A stretch of DNA of 61,141 bases, filler included. It is 4 parts of 4 records of this genome, joined end to end, with 100 filler letters (N's around TTAATTAATTAA, not from the genome) between each part and the next. Parts side by side here need not be neighbours in the genome. Positions count along the whole stretch, not along the records: positions 29,435 to 54,532 come from DRR723986_4129; 3 more parts are not named here. One strand, written 5' to 3'. The notes under the pieces are model-generated. The model was not told the origin of the DNA, ran no database searches, and saw only the letters and a list, made by a program, of their open reading frames with translations. Shown piece after piece: positions 36,920 to 45,423 of the stretch. Position numbers and translations under genes: made by a program. Position 1 is the stretch's first letter, and the number at the start of each line of letters is the position of its first letter.

Positions 36920-39082
36920 GTGCGCGGATTTATGGGTTTCGGAGGTGATACAAAGTCTGCGATGGCAGCTTTGGCGCTGGCCTTTGTCAGCGCCCTCGGG
37001 TCGTCAGCCGCTGCCGATATTCTGGGCACCCCTGCATCGGGGCCACGCCCGACGCTCAACTTCTACGGAACCGCCGGTCTGATCGACATGCCGTCAGCCG
37101 AAGTGATGCCGGATGGAGAGTTTTCCACCACGATCTCGCATTTCGGCGGCATCACCCGCAACACGCTATCCTTCCAGATCACGCCAAGGCTGTCGGGGTC
37201 TTTCCGCTATTCCGCGACCGAGGGCCTGAACCTTGCCGGGTTTGAGACCTATTTCGACCGCAGCTTCGACCTTCGCTATCAGATCTTGCAGCAGCAGGAT
37301 GGCGGATGGTGGCCGTCTCTTGCAATCGGATTGCAGGATTTCGTCGGCACCGGCATCTACGCAGGTGAATACATCGTCGCCAGCCGTACATTCGGTGACA
37401 CGCTTACCGTGACAGGCGGCGTCGGCTGGGGCCGCCTGGGCAGCTACAATTCATTCGGGGCACCGTTCAGCGATTTCCGGCCTGCCTTTGTGCCGGGCGA
37501 TACCGGCGGTGAGGTCTCGTATGATCAATGGTTCCGCGGGCAGGCGTCGTTCTTTGGCGGCATCGAGTGGCAACCGACGGATCGCCTTGGGGTCATTGTC
37601 GAATATTCTTCCGATGCCTATCGGACAGAAACCGCTCAGGGCGTGTTCGAACGGCGGTCCCCCTGGAATTTCGGCATTGAGTATCAGGTAAACAGATCGC
37701 TTACGGCAGGGGCATACTATCTTTATGGGTCCGAGGTCGCGGTGAACCTCGCCTTCAATTTCAACCCGCGCCGCCCTGTCACACCGGTCAGCAATCGCCC
37801 GGTTCCAGGCCCTTTGGCGATCCGGCCCAATCAAGCTGACAGCCCTGAACTCTGGACGACGGATTGGGTGGAAAATCCCCGCGCCCGCCCTGCCTTGGGG
37901 GAACGCCTGCGCGAAGCCCTTGATGCAGAGGGACAGGATCTGATTGCCTATGACATCGGGGCCCATCAGGCGGAAATCCGAATCGAGAACACCCGCTATA
38001 CAGCGATTGCCCAAGCGCTTGGCCGGTCCGCCCGGGTCATGGCGCAAATCCTGCCGCCATCGGTTGAGACATTCCATATTACCTTGTTGGATGACGGGCT
38101 TGCCATTTCGACGCTGACCATGCGCCGGTCTGATCTGGAGGCATTGGAACAGGAACCTGATGCAACCGAAGCCCTTCACGCCGTCGCAGGTTTGCGGGCC
38201 GCGATGCCGACGGATCAGGAAGATCTCGTCGAGGGCATGTTCCCTCGGTTCGACTGGTCACTCCGGCCCTATACGCGGACCAGCTATTTTGATCCGGACA
38301 ATCCTGTCCTCATCAACTTCGGGGTCCGGCTGGCCGCGTCCTACGAGTTCCGCCCCGGTTGGCGGCTGGATGGCGCATTGACCTACCGGCTGGCGGGGAA
38401 CCTCGATCAGGCGCGTGTGTCGCCCTCGAACTTGCCGCCGGTCCGCACCAGCAGCCCATTCTACAACCGCCATGATGGTATCGCGCTGGAACGGCTTACC
38501 TTTTCTCATGCGCGAAGCCTTGGCAACGACCTGTATGGCCGCGTGACGGTTGGCTATCTGGAACGCATGTATGGCGGTGTTTCGGCCGAATTGCTTTGGA
38601 GTCCGGTCAATAGCCGTCTCGCGCTTGGGGCCGAAGTCAACTACGCGCAGCAGCGAGAGTATGACATGGGTGTTGGGTTCCGCGACTATAGCGTCGTGAC
38701 CGGGCATCTTTCGGCCTATTACGATATGGCAAACGGCTATCATGTCCAGATTGATGCAGGCCGCTATCTTGCCGGAGACTGGGGCGCGACCCTGACGCTC
38801 GACCGGGAATTCCGCAATGGCTGGCGTGTTGGTGCCTTCATGACGATGACCGATGTGTCGGCACAGGATTTCGGCGAAGGCTCATTCGACAAGGGTATCC
38901 GCTTTTCGATCCCGGTGACGTGGTTTACCGGGCAGCCAAGCCGCCAGTCCGTCGGCACAACGATCCGGCCGATCACGCGGGACGGCGGTGCGCGGCTGGA
39001 AGTGCCCGGGCGTCTCTATGATCGAGTACGCGAGGGGCATCTGGGCAATATCGACGATCAATGGGCGCAGGTGTGGCGATGA
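36920..39082 (+). CDS. YjbH/GfcD family outer-membrane polysaccharide protein
   Basis: GLIDMPSA, DRSFD, GRYLAGDWG, FGEGSFDKG; start uncertain (36920-36962). Confidence 0.9.
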   Translation: MRGFMGFGGDTKSAMAALALAFVSALGSSAAADILGTPASGPRPTLNFYGTAGLIDMPSAEVMPDGEFSTTISHFGGITRNTLSFQITPRLSGSFRYSATEGLNLAGFETYFDRSFDLRYQILQQQDGGWWPSLAIGLQDFVGTGIYAGEYIVASRTFGDTLTVTGGVGWGRLGSYNSFGAPFSDFRPAFVPGDTGGEVSYDQWFRGQASFFGGIEWQPTDRLGVIVEYSSDAYRTETAQGVFERRSPWNFGIEYQVNRSLTAGAYYLYGSEVAVNLAFNFNPRRPVTPVSNRPVPGPLAIRPNQADSPELWTTDWVENPRARPALGERLREALDAEGQDLIAYDIGAHQAEIRIENTRYTAIAQALGRSARVMAQILPPSVETFHITLLDDGLAISTLTMRRSDLEALEQEPDATEALHAVAGLRAAMPTDQEDLVEGMFPRFDWSLRPYTRTSYFDPDNPVLINFGVRLAASYEFRPGWRLDGALTYRLAGNLDQARVSPSNLPPVRTSSPFYNRHDGIALERLTFSHARSLGNDLYGRVTVGYLERMYGGVSAELLWSPVNSRLALGAEVNYAQQREYDMGVGFRDYSVVTGHLSAYYDMANGYHVQIDAGRYLAGDWGATLTLDREFRNGWRVGAFMTMTDVSAQDFGEGSFDKGIRFSIPVTWFTGQPSRQSVGTTIRPITRDGGARLEVPGRLYDRVREGHLGNIDDQWAQVWR

Positions 39083-39747
39083 AACGAGTTCTGGCTGTTG
39101 TTGCGCTTTTGGCGCTTGGGGCGTGCGGCCAGGATGCCGCCGATGGCCCCTATGCGGCAGCGTTTCAACAGCTTCGCGGGGGCTTGTTCAACCGGGGTGA
39201 AGCTCCGGCCCAATTCACCGCGACGCGGGCATCGTTGGCTCAGGCCGGGATCACTGCGCCGGTGCTGGTCGCCCGGATGCCGAATGCGGGAATTTCGGTC
39301 GGCTTGCTTGAGTACGGTTCGAACCGGGGTGTTACCATCTGGCGCAGCCTTGATGGCAACACGATCAGCACCGCATCCGGTTTGATTCGGAACACGCGTG
39401 GTTTCGGAACCGATGTGCACAGTTTCGAAACCGATCCGGTGGTGCATGCCCTGTCCCGAGGACAAGCTGCAGAGTATACCCGGTTGTTCAGGGCCCTTGA
39501 TGGAGAGGGTCAACTGCACGCAGTACGGTTGTATTGCACGCTTTCGCCAGAGGGCCGTGAAACGGTCGATGTATTGGGGCGGAGCTACGAAACACACCGC
39601 TTTAGAGAGAGTTGCCACGCGGAAGACCGGGAAACTCCGGTTTTCACCAACACCTACTGGCAGGGAAATTCCGGGGAAATCTGGAAATCTAGGCAATGGG
39701 CTGGTCCAGAATTGGGCTATGCCGATCTGGAGCGCGTGATAAACTAG
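39079..39747 (+). CDS. YjbF/GfcB family lipoprotein
   Basis: Lipobox LGAC, TRGFG, FTNTYW, SRQW; overlaps yjbH stop. Confidence 0.85.
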   Translation: MKRVLAVVALLALGACGQDAADGPYAAAFQQLRGGLFNRGEAPAQFTATRASLAQAGITAPVLVARMPNAGISVGLLEYGSNRGVTIWRSLDGNTISTASGLIRNTRGFGTDVHSFETDPVVHALSRGQAAEYTRLFRALDGEGQLHAVRLYCTLSPEGRETVDVLGRSYETHRFRESCHAEDRETPVFTNTYWQGNSGEIWKSRQWAGPELGYADLERVIN

Positions 39748-39846
39748 CATCTATTGCAAAAAACAGCCGAGATGCCATGGCCCCAATTGAAACAGGACGG
39801 GCATCATGGTAGCAGACTGTAAGTAGTGTATTTGGAGACCAACCCG

Positions 39847-40173
39847 ATGAAACTCTCGAAAACGATTTTCGCCGCAGCAGCAGTTTCTGCATTCTGCGTG
39901 ACCGCCGCTAGCGCTCTGACTGTTCAGCAGTGCGAACAGCTCGGCGGCACCGTCGATCTCGTCGAAGCGGAATGCGAACTGAGCGCCGCTCAGCAAGACG
40001 AAGCGCGTGCTCTTGGCTGGCTGCCCGGCGGCAGCACTGCAGCAGCCGCAACCACAACCGGCCTTGGCACTGTTGCAGGCTCTGGTGGGCTTCTGGCCGC
40101 TGGTGGTGGCCTGATCCTGACCGCCGTTCTGATCGGCGACGGGTCTTCCAGCACCACGACCTCTGGCAGCTGA
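39847..40173 (+). CDS. Small secreted Ala/Thr/Gly-rich protein (YjbE/GfcA-like)
   Basis: Signal peptide, low-complexity A/T/G, hydrophobic stretch then GDGSSSTTTSGS; follows yjbHF. Confidence 0.6.
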   Translation: MKLSKTIFAAAAVSAFCVTAASALTVQQCEQLGGTVDLVEAECELSAAQQDEARALGWLPGGSTAAAATTTGLGTVAGSGGLLAAGGGLILTAVLIGDGSSSTTTSGS

Positions 40174-40201
40174 TCCCAAGTTCAGATCTTCTAGATCTCG
40201 G

Positions 40202-40237
40202 GCGGCCCCTGTAACAGGGGCCGCTCTTGTTGTTTTT
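40202..40237 (+). terminator. Rho-independent terminator
   Basis: GCGGCCCCTG-TAA-CAGGGGCCGC then T-rich tail. Confidence 0.7.
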
Positions 40238-40273
40238 CAAGATGGCCCAGACTTCCGAAAACGGCGTGTCTGG

Positions 40274-40975
40274 CTAGATCATGTCTGCCTCTGACGAGAG
40301 AAAGTCATGGATCCGGGACGCGACCGGACGACAATGAGCGGGCAGGTTGAAGAAGCCATGCCCCACATTCGGGTAGCGAACAAATTGGCAGCGCCCCTCC
40401 GGCCAGACCGCGCAGAAATCTTGCGTGGCAGCGATTGGAACAACGTCATCCGCGCTGCCGTGAATGGCCAGACAGCGAAGCGTCTCCATTCCACCCCATT
40501 CCCTCCAGCGCTGGATCGGCGAGTGTTCAGGACGCCCGCTTGAAGCCACCACGCGGTTCGCAAAGCCGCCCTCGGCGATATTCGTAACCGGATTGAGAAG
40601 GATAAGACCGCTGACGCCCTTGGCAGCGGCAAAGACCGCATCGAGGGCCAGCAGGCCCCCAAACGAGGCACCCATGACATAAAGCCGAGAGCCCGGTGGG
40701 GTCTTCCGGCGGCTCCACTTCAGTGCATGGCCTGCATCCGCCAGCATGTGTTCCAACGTTGCGCCGTCGCGATTGAGCGTTCGATACCGCGCCGCAATGA
40801 CCGTGATTTCTGGATGATCTCTGGACAGTTCGGTGCAGAAGGGCAGCAGCATTTCGGGGTTGCCGTCAACACCACCACCCCCATGGAACGCAAGAATGCG
40901 GACCCGTTCTTTCGATGTCGCAGGGCTGACAAGGGCCGATTGACGCCAGCGAATACAGGCAGAGCGAAAAGCCAG
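40274..40975 (-). CDS. Alpha/beta hydrolase (HGGG esterase), probable CTG start
   Basis: HGGGG lies upstream of ATG 40852 in the same open frame; GASFG nucleophile, HGSADD, GHGFF. Confidence 0.75.
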   Translation of the reverse strand: MAFRSACIRWRQSALVSPATSKERVRILAFHGGGGVDGNPEMLLPFCTELSRDHPEITVIAARYRTLNRDGATLEHMLADAGHALKWSRRKTPPGSRLYVMGASFGGLLALDAVFAAAKGVSGLILLNPVTNIAEGGFANRVVASSGRPEHSPIQRWREWGGMETLRCLAIHGSADDVVPIAATQDFCAVWPEGRCQFVRYPNVGHGFFNLPAHCRPVASRIHDFLSSEADMI

Positions 40976-40991
40976 CTTTCTCCCCCCTTTG

Positions 40992-41651
40992 TCAGTGACC
41001 GGTCATGTTTCTGTTGTGATGATCGAGCGCCTCTTCAAGATCCTCATAGTAGACAGCGCGCCCGTTCTCCAGCACCACGCCAACATCGCACATGGCACGA
41101 AGTTGTTCTACATTGTGGCTCACCATGAACGCCCCGGCATTCTCCATGCGCTCCATGAAAAGTGTCTGGCTCTTTTCCCTGAAAGCAAGGTCACCGACCG
41201 AGGTCACCTCATCAACCAGATAGGTGTCGAAGGGAATCCCCATGGAAACACCAAAAGACAACCGCGACCGCATGCCCGAGGAATAGGATCTGAACGGAAG
41301 GTAGTAGTGCTGCCCCAACTCGGCGAACTCCTCGACGAACGTGGCCAGCGCCTCGGTGTCGATGCCATAGACACGGGCGATGAACTTGGTGTTCTGGTAG
41401 CCCGTCAGGTCGGGGTGAAAAGACCCGGAAAAGCCAACCGGCCAGGAGATCGTGCCGGTTGAGAGAATCTCGCCCGAGGTTGGTTCCATCGTGCCGGAAA
41501 TCATCTGGAGAAGGGTCGACTTTCCGGCGCCGTTCCTGCCCAGAAGTGCAACAGAGGTGTTGGTTGGAAGGGAAATACTCAGGTTGTCGATGACAACTTT
41601 CCGGCGTCCGTTCAGAACAAAGACCTTCCGCAAATTCCGAAACTCGATCAT
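40992..41651 (-). CDS. kpsT: Capsule ABC transporter ATPase
   Basis: GRNGAGKST, YSSGMRSRL, YLVDE. Confidence 0.9.
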   Translation of the reverse strand: MIEFRNLRKVFVLNGRRKVVIDNLSISLPTNTSVALLGRNGAGKSTLLQMISGTMEPTSGEILSTGTISWPVGFSGSFHPDLTGYQNTKFIARVYGIDTEALATFVEEFAELGQHYYLPFRSYSSGMRSRLSFGVSMGIPFDTYLVDEVTSVGDLAFREKSQTLFMERMENAGAFMVSHNVEQLRAMCDVGVVLENGRAVYYEDLEEALDHHNRNMTGH

Positions 41652-41664
41652 TTGGCCGAACCCG

Positions 41665-42945
41665 TCACCGCCTGTCCCGCAGGCTATAGGCCACAAGAAT
41701 TACCACGCTCCAGATCAGGAACGCAAAGACGACGATCGTTACCAATTTGACCGGGCGATCAGGGTACTCGGAACTTTCCGCCAGAGTCGGGCGCACATGG
41801 GCCGCCAGATAGCGGCTTTGCCGCCGCGCTTCGTTCTGGGCCCCATCGTAGGCAGCCAGGGCTGTGGTGTAGGCACGTTCGGCAAACTCGCGGTCCACCT
41901 GAAGACGTTCGTATTGTCCGACAAGATCGGCGAATGCGACCCGGCCGGTTCCGCTGGTGCCAAGCACGGCGCGTTCCGCCGAAATGCGGTCCTCAATCAC
42001 GGAAATGCGGCGCTCGGCCTGCGTGATTCTGGGATCGTCCTCGCGGGTCGTCGTGTCGCGCAGAATGTCGAGCTCGATCAGGGCCTCGGCCAATTGCGCC
42101 TGTAGGTTGGTCACCAGACCCATCTGGCCCGCAGTGTCCGCAGTCGGGTCCACTGTCTGGTTCTCGTTACGCCACTCCGCCAGTGCAATCCGCGCCGCCG
42201 CAAGGCGTTCCTCGGCCTGGTCAAGTTCGTCGCGTGCATAGCTGATCGCGTCTTCCCTGGCGATATCCGAGAGCTGGTTGATCATCGCGCTGCTTTCCTC
42301 AAAGATCAGCTGCGCGATGGCGCGTGCATCCTGAGGATTGAACGCCAGAACCTCCAGGTCGATCAGACCGCTGCCGCCATCATAGTAGATGCGAACCTGG
42401 CGGCTCCAGTGGCCGATGAGATCTTCGATCGTTCCGGGGGCATGATAGGCGAAGATCGGGTCGTCTGCCGGATCCACTTGCGACCAGATCGCACGCAGAT
42501 CGATTTCCGAGTCAATGCGCTGTACAAGCTCTTGGCTTTGAAGGAATTCATAAAGGATATCCGTGTCCGAAGAGCTGGATCCGGACAGGTTCGTGATGCC
42601 CCCCAGAAGTTCGATGGCCGAACTGGCATCCTCGGTCCGCACCGAAAACCCGACACGCGATATGTACTGATCAGCGGCGCGGCCCCAGAGGTAATAGGCC
42701 GTGATTGCCCCGGGCAAGATCACCATAAGGAACAGCGACAACACCAGGATCGAGTGTCGGGATTTCCATTTTGCAGGGCCGGCAACCGGTGTGGTTGAAC
42801 GCGCTGCCGGCTTTTCCGGTTCGCCTTTCTGAGGTGGCGCCACCGCCTCTTTCACCGGCCCCGCCACGGGCTGAGGGCGCATCGCTGCCACAGGCGAGTC
42901 CGGCTTTTCGCCTTTGGCGTTTTCAGTCGTTTGGGGATTGGCCAT
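41665..42945 (-). CDS. kpsE: Capsule export inner-membrane adaptor
   Basis: Two TM, AADQY, coiled coil, ARRQSRYL...P. Confidence 0.88.
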   Translation of the reverse strand: MANPQTTENAKGEKPDSPVAAMRPQPVAGPVKEAVAPPQKGEPEKPAARSTTPVAGPAKWKSRHSILVLSLFLMVILPGAITAYYLWGRAADQYISRVGFSVRTEDASSAIELLGGITNLSGSSSSDTDILYEFLQSQELVQRIDSEIDLRAIWSQVDPADDPIFAYHAPGTIEDLIGHWSRQVRIYYDGGSGLIDLEVLAFNPQDARAIAQLIFEESSAMINQLSDIAREDAISYARDELDQAEERLAAARIALAEWRNENQTVDPTADTAGQMGLVTNLQAQLAEALIELDILRDTTTREDDPRITQAERRISVIEDRISAERAVLGTSGTGRVAFADLVGQYERLQVDREFAERAYTTALAAYDGAQNEARRQSRYLAAHVRPTLAESSEYPDRPVKLVTIVVFAFLIWSVVILVAYSLRDRR

Positions 42946-43036
42946 GAACCGGAAGACCTTGCAAGCTGGAAATTACTGTGACTACTTGCTACTCAATGAC
43001 AGCAGCTTTTTCCAGCATCCATTCATTGGTCGTCAC

Positions 43037-43858
43037 ATGGCTTCTGTAAGTGAATCCCCTCCGGCAACACCTTTAACCTCGGTCAGGAAGCGCCCTCCAT
43101 TTACGGGTGTTCGTACCATTGCTGCACTGATTTTGCGGGAGATGAACACAAGTTACGGCCGCTCCCCCGGCGGGTATATCTGGGCGGTTGTTCAGCCCGC
43201 GGCAGGGATTGGGGTGATGGTGGCGTTTTTCTCGGCGGGTTTCCGCTCGCCGCCACTTGGGAATAACTTCGCGCTCTTCTACGCAACGGGGCTGCTGCCG
43301 TTCATGGCGTTTATGGAGGTTTCGGGCAAGATCGGTCAGTCCCTGAACTATTCCCGTCCATTCCTTGCATACCCGCGAATTACGATCATGGATGCCATTA
43401 TTGCGCGGTTTATCCTGAATTACCTGACCCAGATTCTGGTCGGCTACATCCTGATTGCCCTAATTCTTTTCTTCTTCGAAACCAGAACCACGCTGGAGAT
43501 GAACAGAATAGCCCTCGCCTACATCATGGCCGGGTCATTGGCCTTTGGCATTGGGGTTCTGAATTGCTTTCTGATGTCTCAGTTTCGGGTGTGGCAGCAG
43601 GTGTGGGGCATCATGATGAGGCCGATGTTCCTGATCTCCGGCATCTTTTTCATGTATGACAGCATCCCCGAACCGTACCGGTCATACATCTGGTACAACC
43701 CGCTGGTACATGTCGCGGGCGAGATGCGCGGTGCATTCTATGTCAGCTACGAGGCGGACTATGTTTCGCCCGGCTACGTGTTCTCGATCAGCCTTGTTAC
43801 AAGCGCATTCGGGCTGCTGTTTCTCCGCCGCTATCACAGAGATATCCTGCATTCCTGA
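43037..43858 (+). CDS. kpsM: Capsule ABC transporter permease
   Basis: ALILRE..T.YGR, SGIFF, YNPLVH. Confidence 0.88.
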   Translation: MASVSESPPATPLTSVRKRPPFTGVRTIAALILREMNTSYGRSPGGYIWAVVQPAAGIGVMVAFFSAGFRSPPLGNNFALFYATGLLPFMAFMEVSGKIGQSLNYSRPFLAYPRITIMDAIIARFILNYLTQILVGYILIALILFFFETRTTLEMNRIALAYIMAGSLAFGIGVLNCFLMSQFRVWQQVWGIMMRPMFLISGIFFMYDSIPEPYRSYIWYNPLVHVAGEMRGAFYVSYEADYVSPGYVFSISLVTSAFGLLFLRRYHRDILHS

Positions 43859-43938
43859 GCAGCCCCGCACGCAGTTCGGGTGCCATCTGACGACTTGGGA
43901 ACCGCGGCCAATTTTCGCGTGACATGGCTGCTGGCGCG

Positions 43939-44694
43939 CTAGATTTCCAGGCCAAGCGCATCCAGCAACTGAATGTCCGCTTCGGCGAACTTTTCCAATC
44001 GTCGGATGCTTGCATCGCTTTCAAGGCGCTCAACCAGTTTGGGCCAGCGACGATCTTCGCGGGGATGGTCGCCGATGTTCACGAACCTGTCCGCAACCGA
44101 GATCGTCTCCCCCAAACGCAAAGCCACGTCGCGTTCGAGGCTGGCCAGATCAAGCGTTGAATAAATGCGATCGACCAAGGGAACCTTTTCAAGGGCTGCC
44201 GCGACTTTCCCGTTGACCGAGAGCTTTCGGACATGCTGCCAGCCGCGCATTCTTTGTGATGCGAAATAGGTGCAATAGACGTTGTCATAGTGATCGTGAA
44301 TGAACTTTTGCCACCCGGCATCACCTCCGAAAAAATAGTCATCGGCAGAGTGCGAGCGGATATGTTTCATACCTCGGCGATCTGGCGTCTCAAGCTCCTC
44401 CTCGGTCAACGCACGCGCTTCCTTGAGAAGGTAGAGATAAAAAGAGGCAATGCGTTCGAACGGATCCCGCAGCACGGTAAAGACAAACCGATCTTCGGGC
44501 AGGGCCTCAAGCGCATTCCAGTCCAGATGGCCGGAATACAGGCGATAGCCGGGGGGGAACTGGTCCGATCCCTCCGCGGCCTGCGTATGCACCCTGATCG
44601 GCGAGGTGTGTTCGTCTCCGGTGATACGCGACAGCTCGGCATGCACGGTCTGTCCAGCGGTTTTCGGAATGTGCAGAAAGACCGTGGTCGTCAT
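43939..44694 (-). CDS. Sulfotransferase family protein
   Basis: FLHIPKTAG (5'-PSB), LRDPFERIASFY (3'-PB); ATGA overlap with upstream gene. Confidence 0.82.
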   Translation of the reverse strand: MTTTVFLHIPKTAGQTVHAELSRITGDEHTSPIRVHTQAAEGSDQFPPGYRLYSGHLDWNALEALPEDRFVFTVLRDPFERIASFYLYLLKEARALTEEELETPDRRGMKHIRSHSADDYFFGGDAGWQKFIHDHYDNVYCTYFASQRMRGWQHVRKLSVNGKVAAALEKVPLVDRIYSTLDLASLERDVALRLGETISVADRFVNIGDHPREDRRWPKLVERLESDASIRRLEKFAEADIQLLDALGLEI

Positions 44695-45422
44695 TGTTGG
44701 AAGTCTTTGCCCACGAAAACCTCGGGCGCAAATTCTGGCGCGTCCGTCATCCGATTGACAGCGACGGCAAATGAAGCCGGATCGGATGGGTCCAGATGTT
44801 GCAGCTGCCACGGCGCGAACCGCCACCAACGTGACCGCAAGACCGCCGCCATCTGTTGAACGGGCAAGCGGTACTTCTTGATCGCGGCGGGATTGCCCGC
44901 GACCACTGCGAAGGGCGGCACATCCTTGGTCACCACCGAATGCGCGGCTACGATCGCGCCATCGCCGATCGTCACGCCCGCTCCGATATAGGCGCCATGC
45001 CCGATCCAGACATCATTTCCGATTGTGGTGATCTTTGCCCTTGTGGCCGCTTCCTTGTGACTGAACTTGTAGCTGTGGAACGCATCCGCGTCGCGGAACC
45101 CGTCCTTGACCGAGAACAGCCGATCGCCAAGGTAAAAGGCGGGGCTGGTCGATACCCAGGTCAAAGGGTGGTTCTGTCGGCCGATCTGCACATTCTCTCC
45201 GAACGAGCAATAGCGCCCGATTCGGGCGGCGAAGCAGTAGCCGGACACCTGGTAGGAAAACGCGCCAAGATGAATCGAATGTTCGTATTGCGTCCATTTC
45301 AGGCTGGACGGCGCTTCGATCCGGGACTCTGACGGTATTCGCACCATACCATCGGGACCGCGAGGCAATACTTCAATGCCCTTGTTTTGTAGGGTCTCGA
45401 TTGGAACCGTGATGATGCTCAT
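44691..45422 (-). CDS. Hexapeptide O-acyltransferase (CatB-related)
   Basis: IGRYCS, IGNDVWIG, VAGNPA, WWRF. Confidence 0.85.
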   Translation of the reverse strand: MSIITVPIETLQNKGIEVLPRGPDGMVRIPSESRIEAPSSLKWTQYEHSIHLGAFSYQVSGYCFAARIGRYCSFGENVQIGRQNHPLTWVSTSPAFYLGDRLFSVKDGFRDADAFHSYKFSHKEAATRAKITTIGNDVWIGHGAYIGAGVTIGDGAIVAAHSVVTKDVPPFAVVAGNPAAIKKYRLPVQQMAAVLRSRWWRFAPWQLQHLDPSDPASFAVAVNRMTDAPEFAPEVFVGKDFQQ

Positions 45423-45423
45423 T

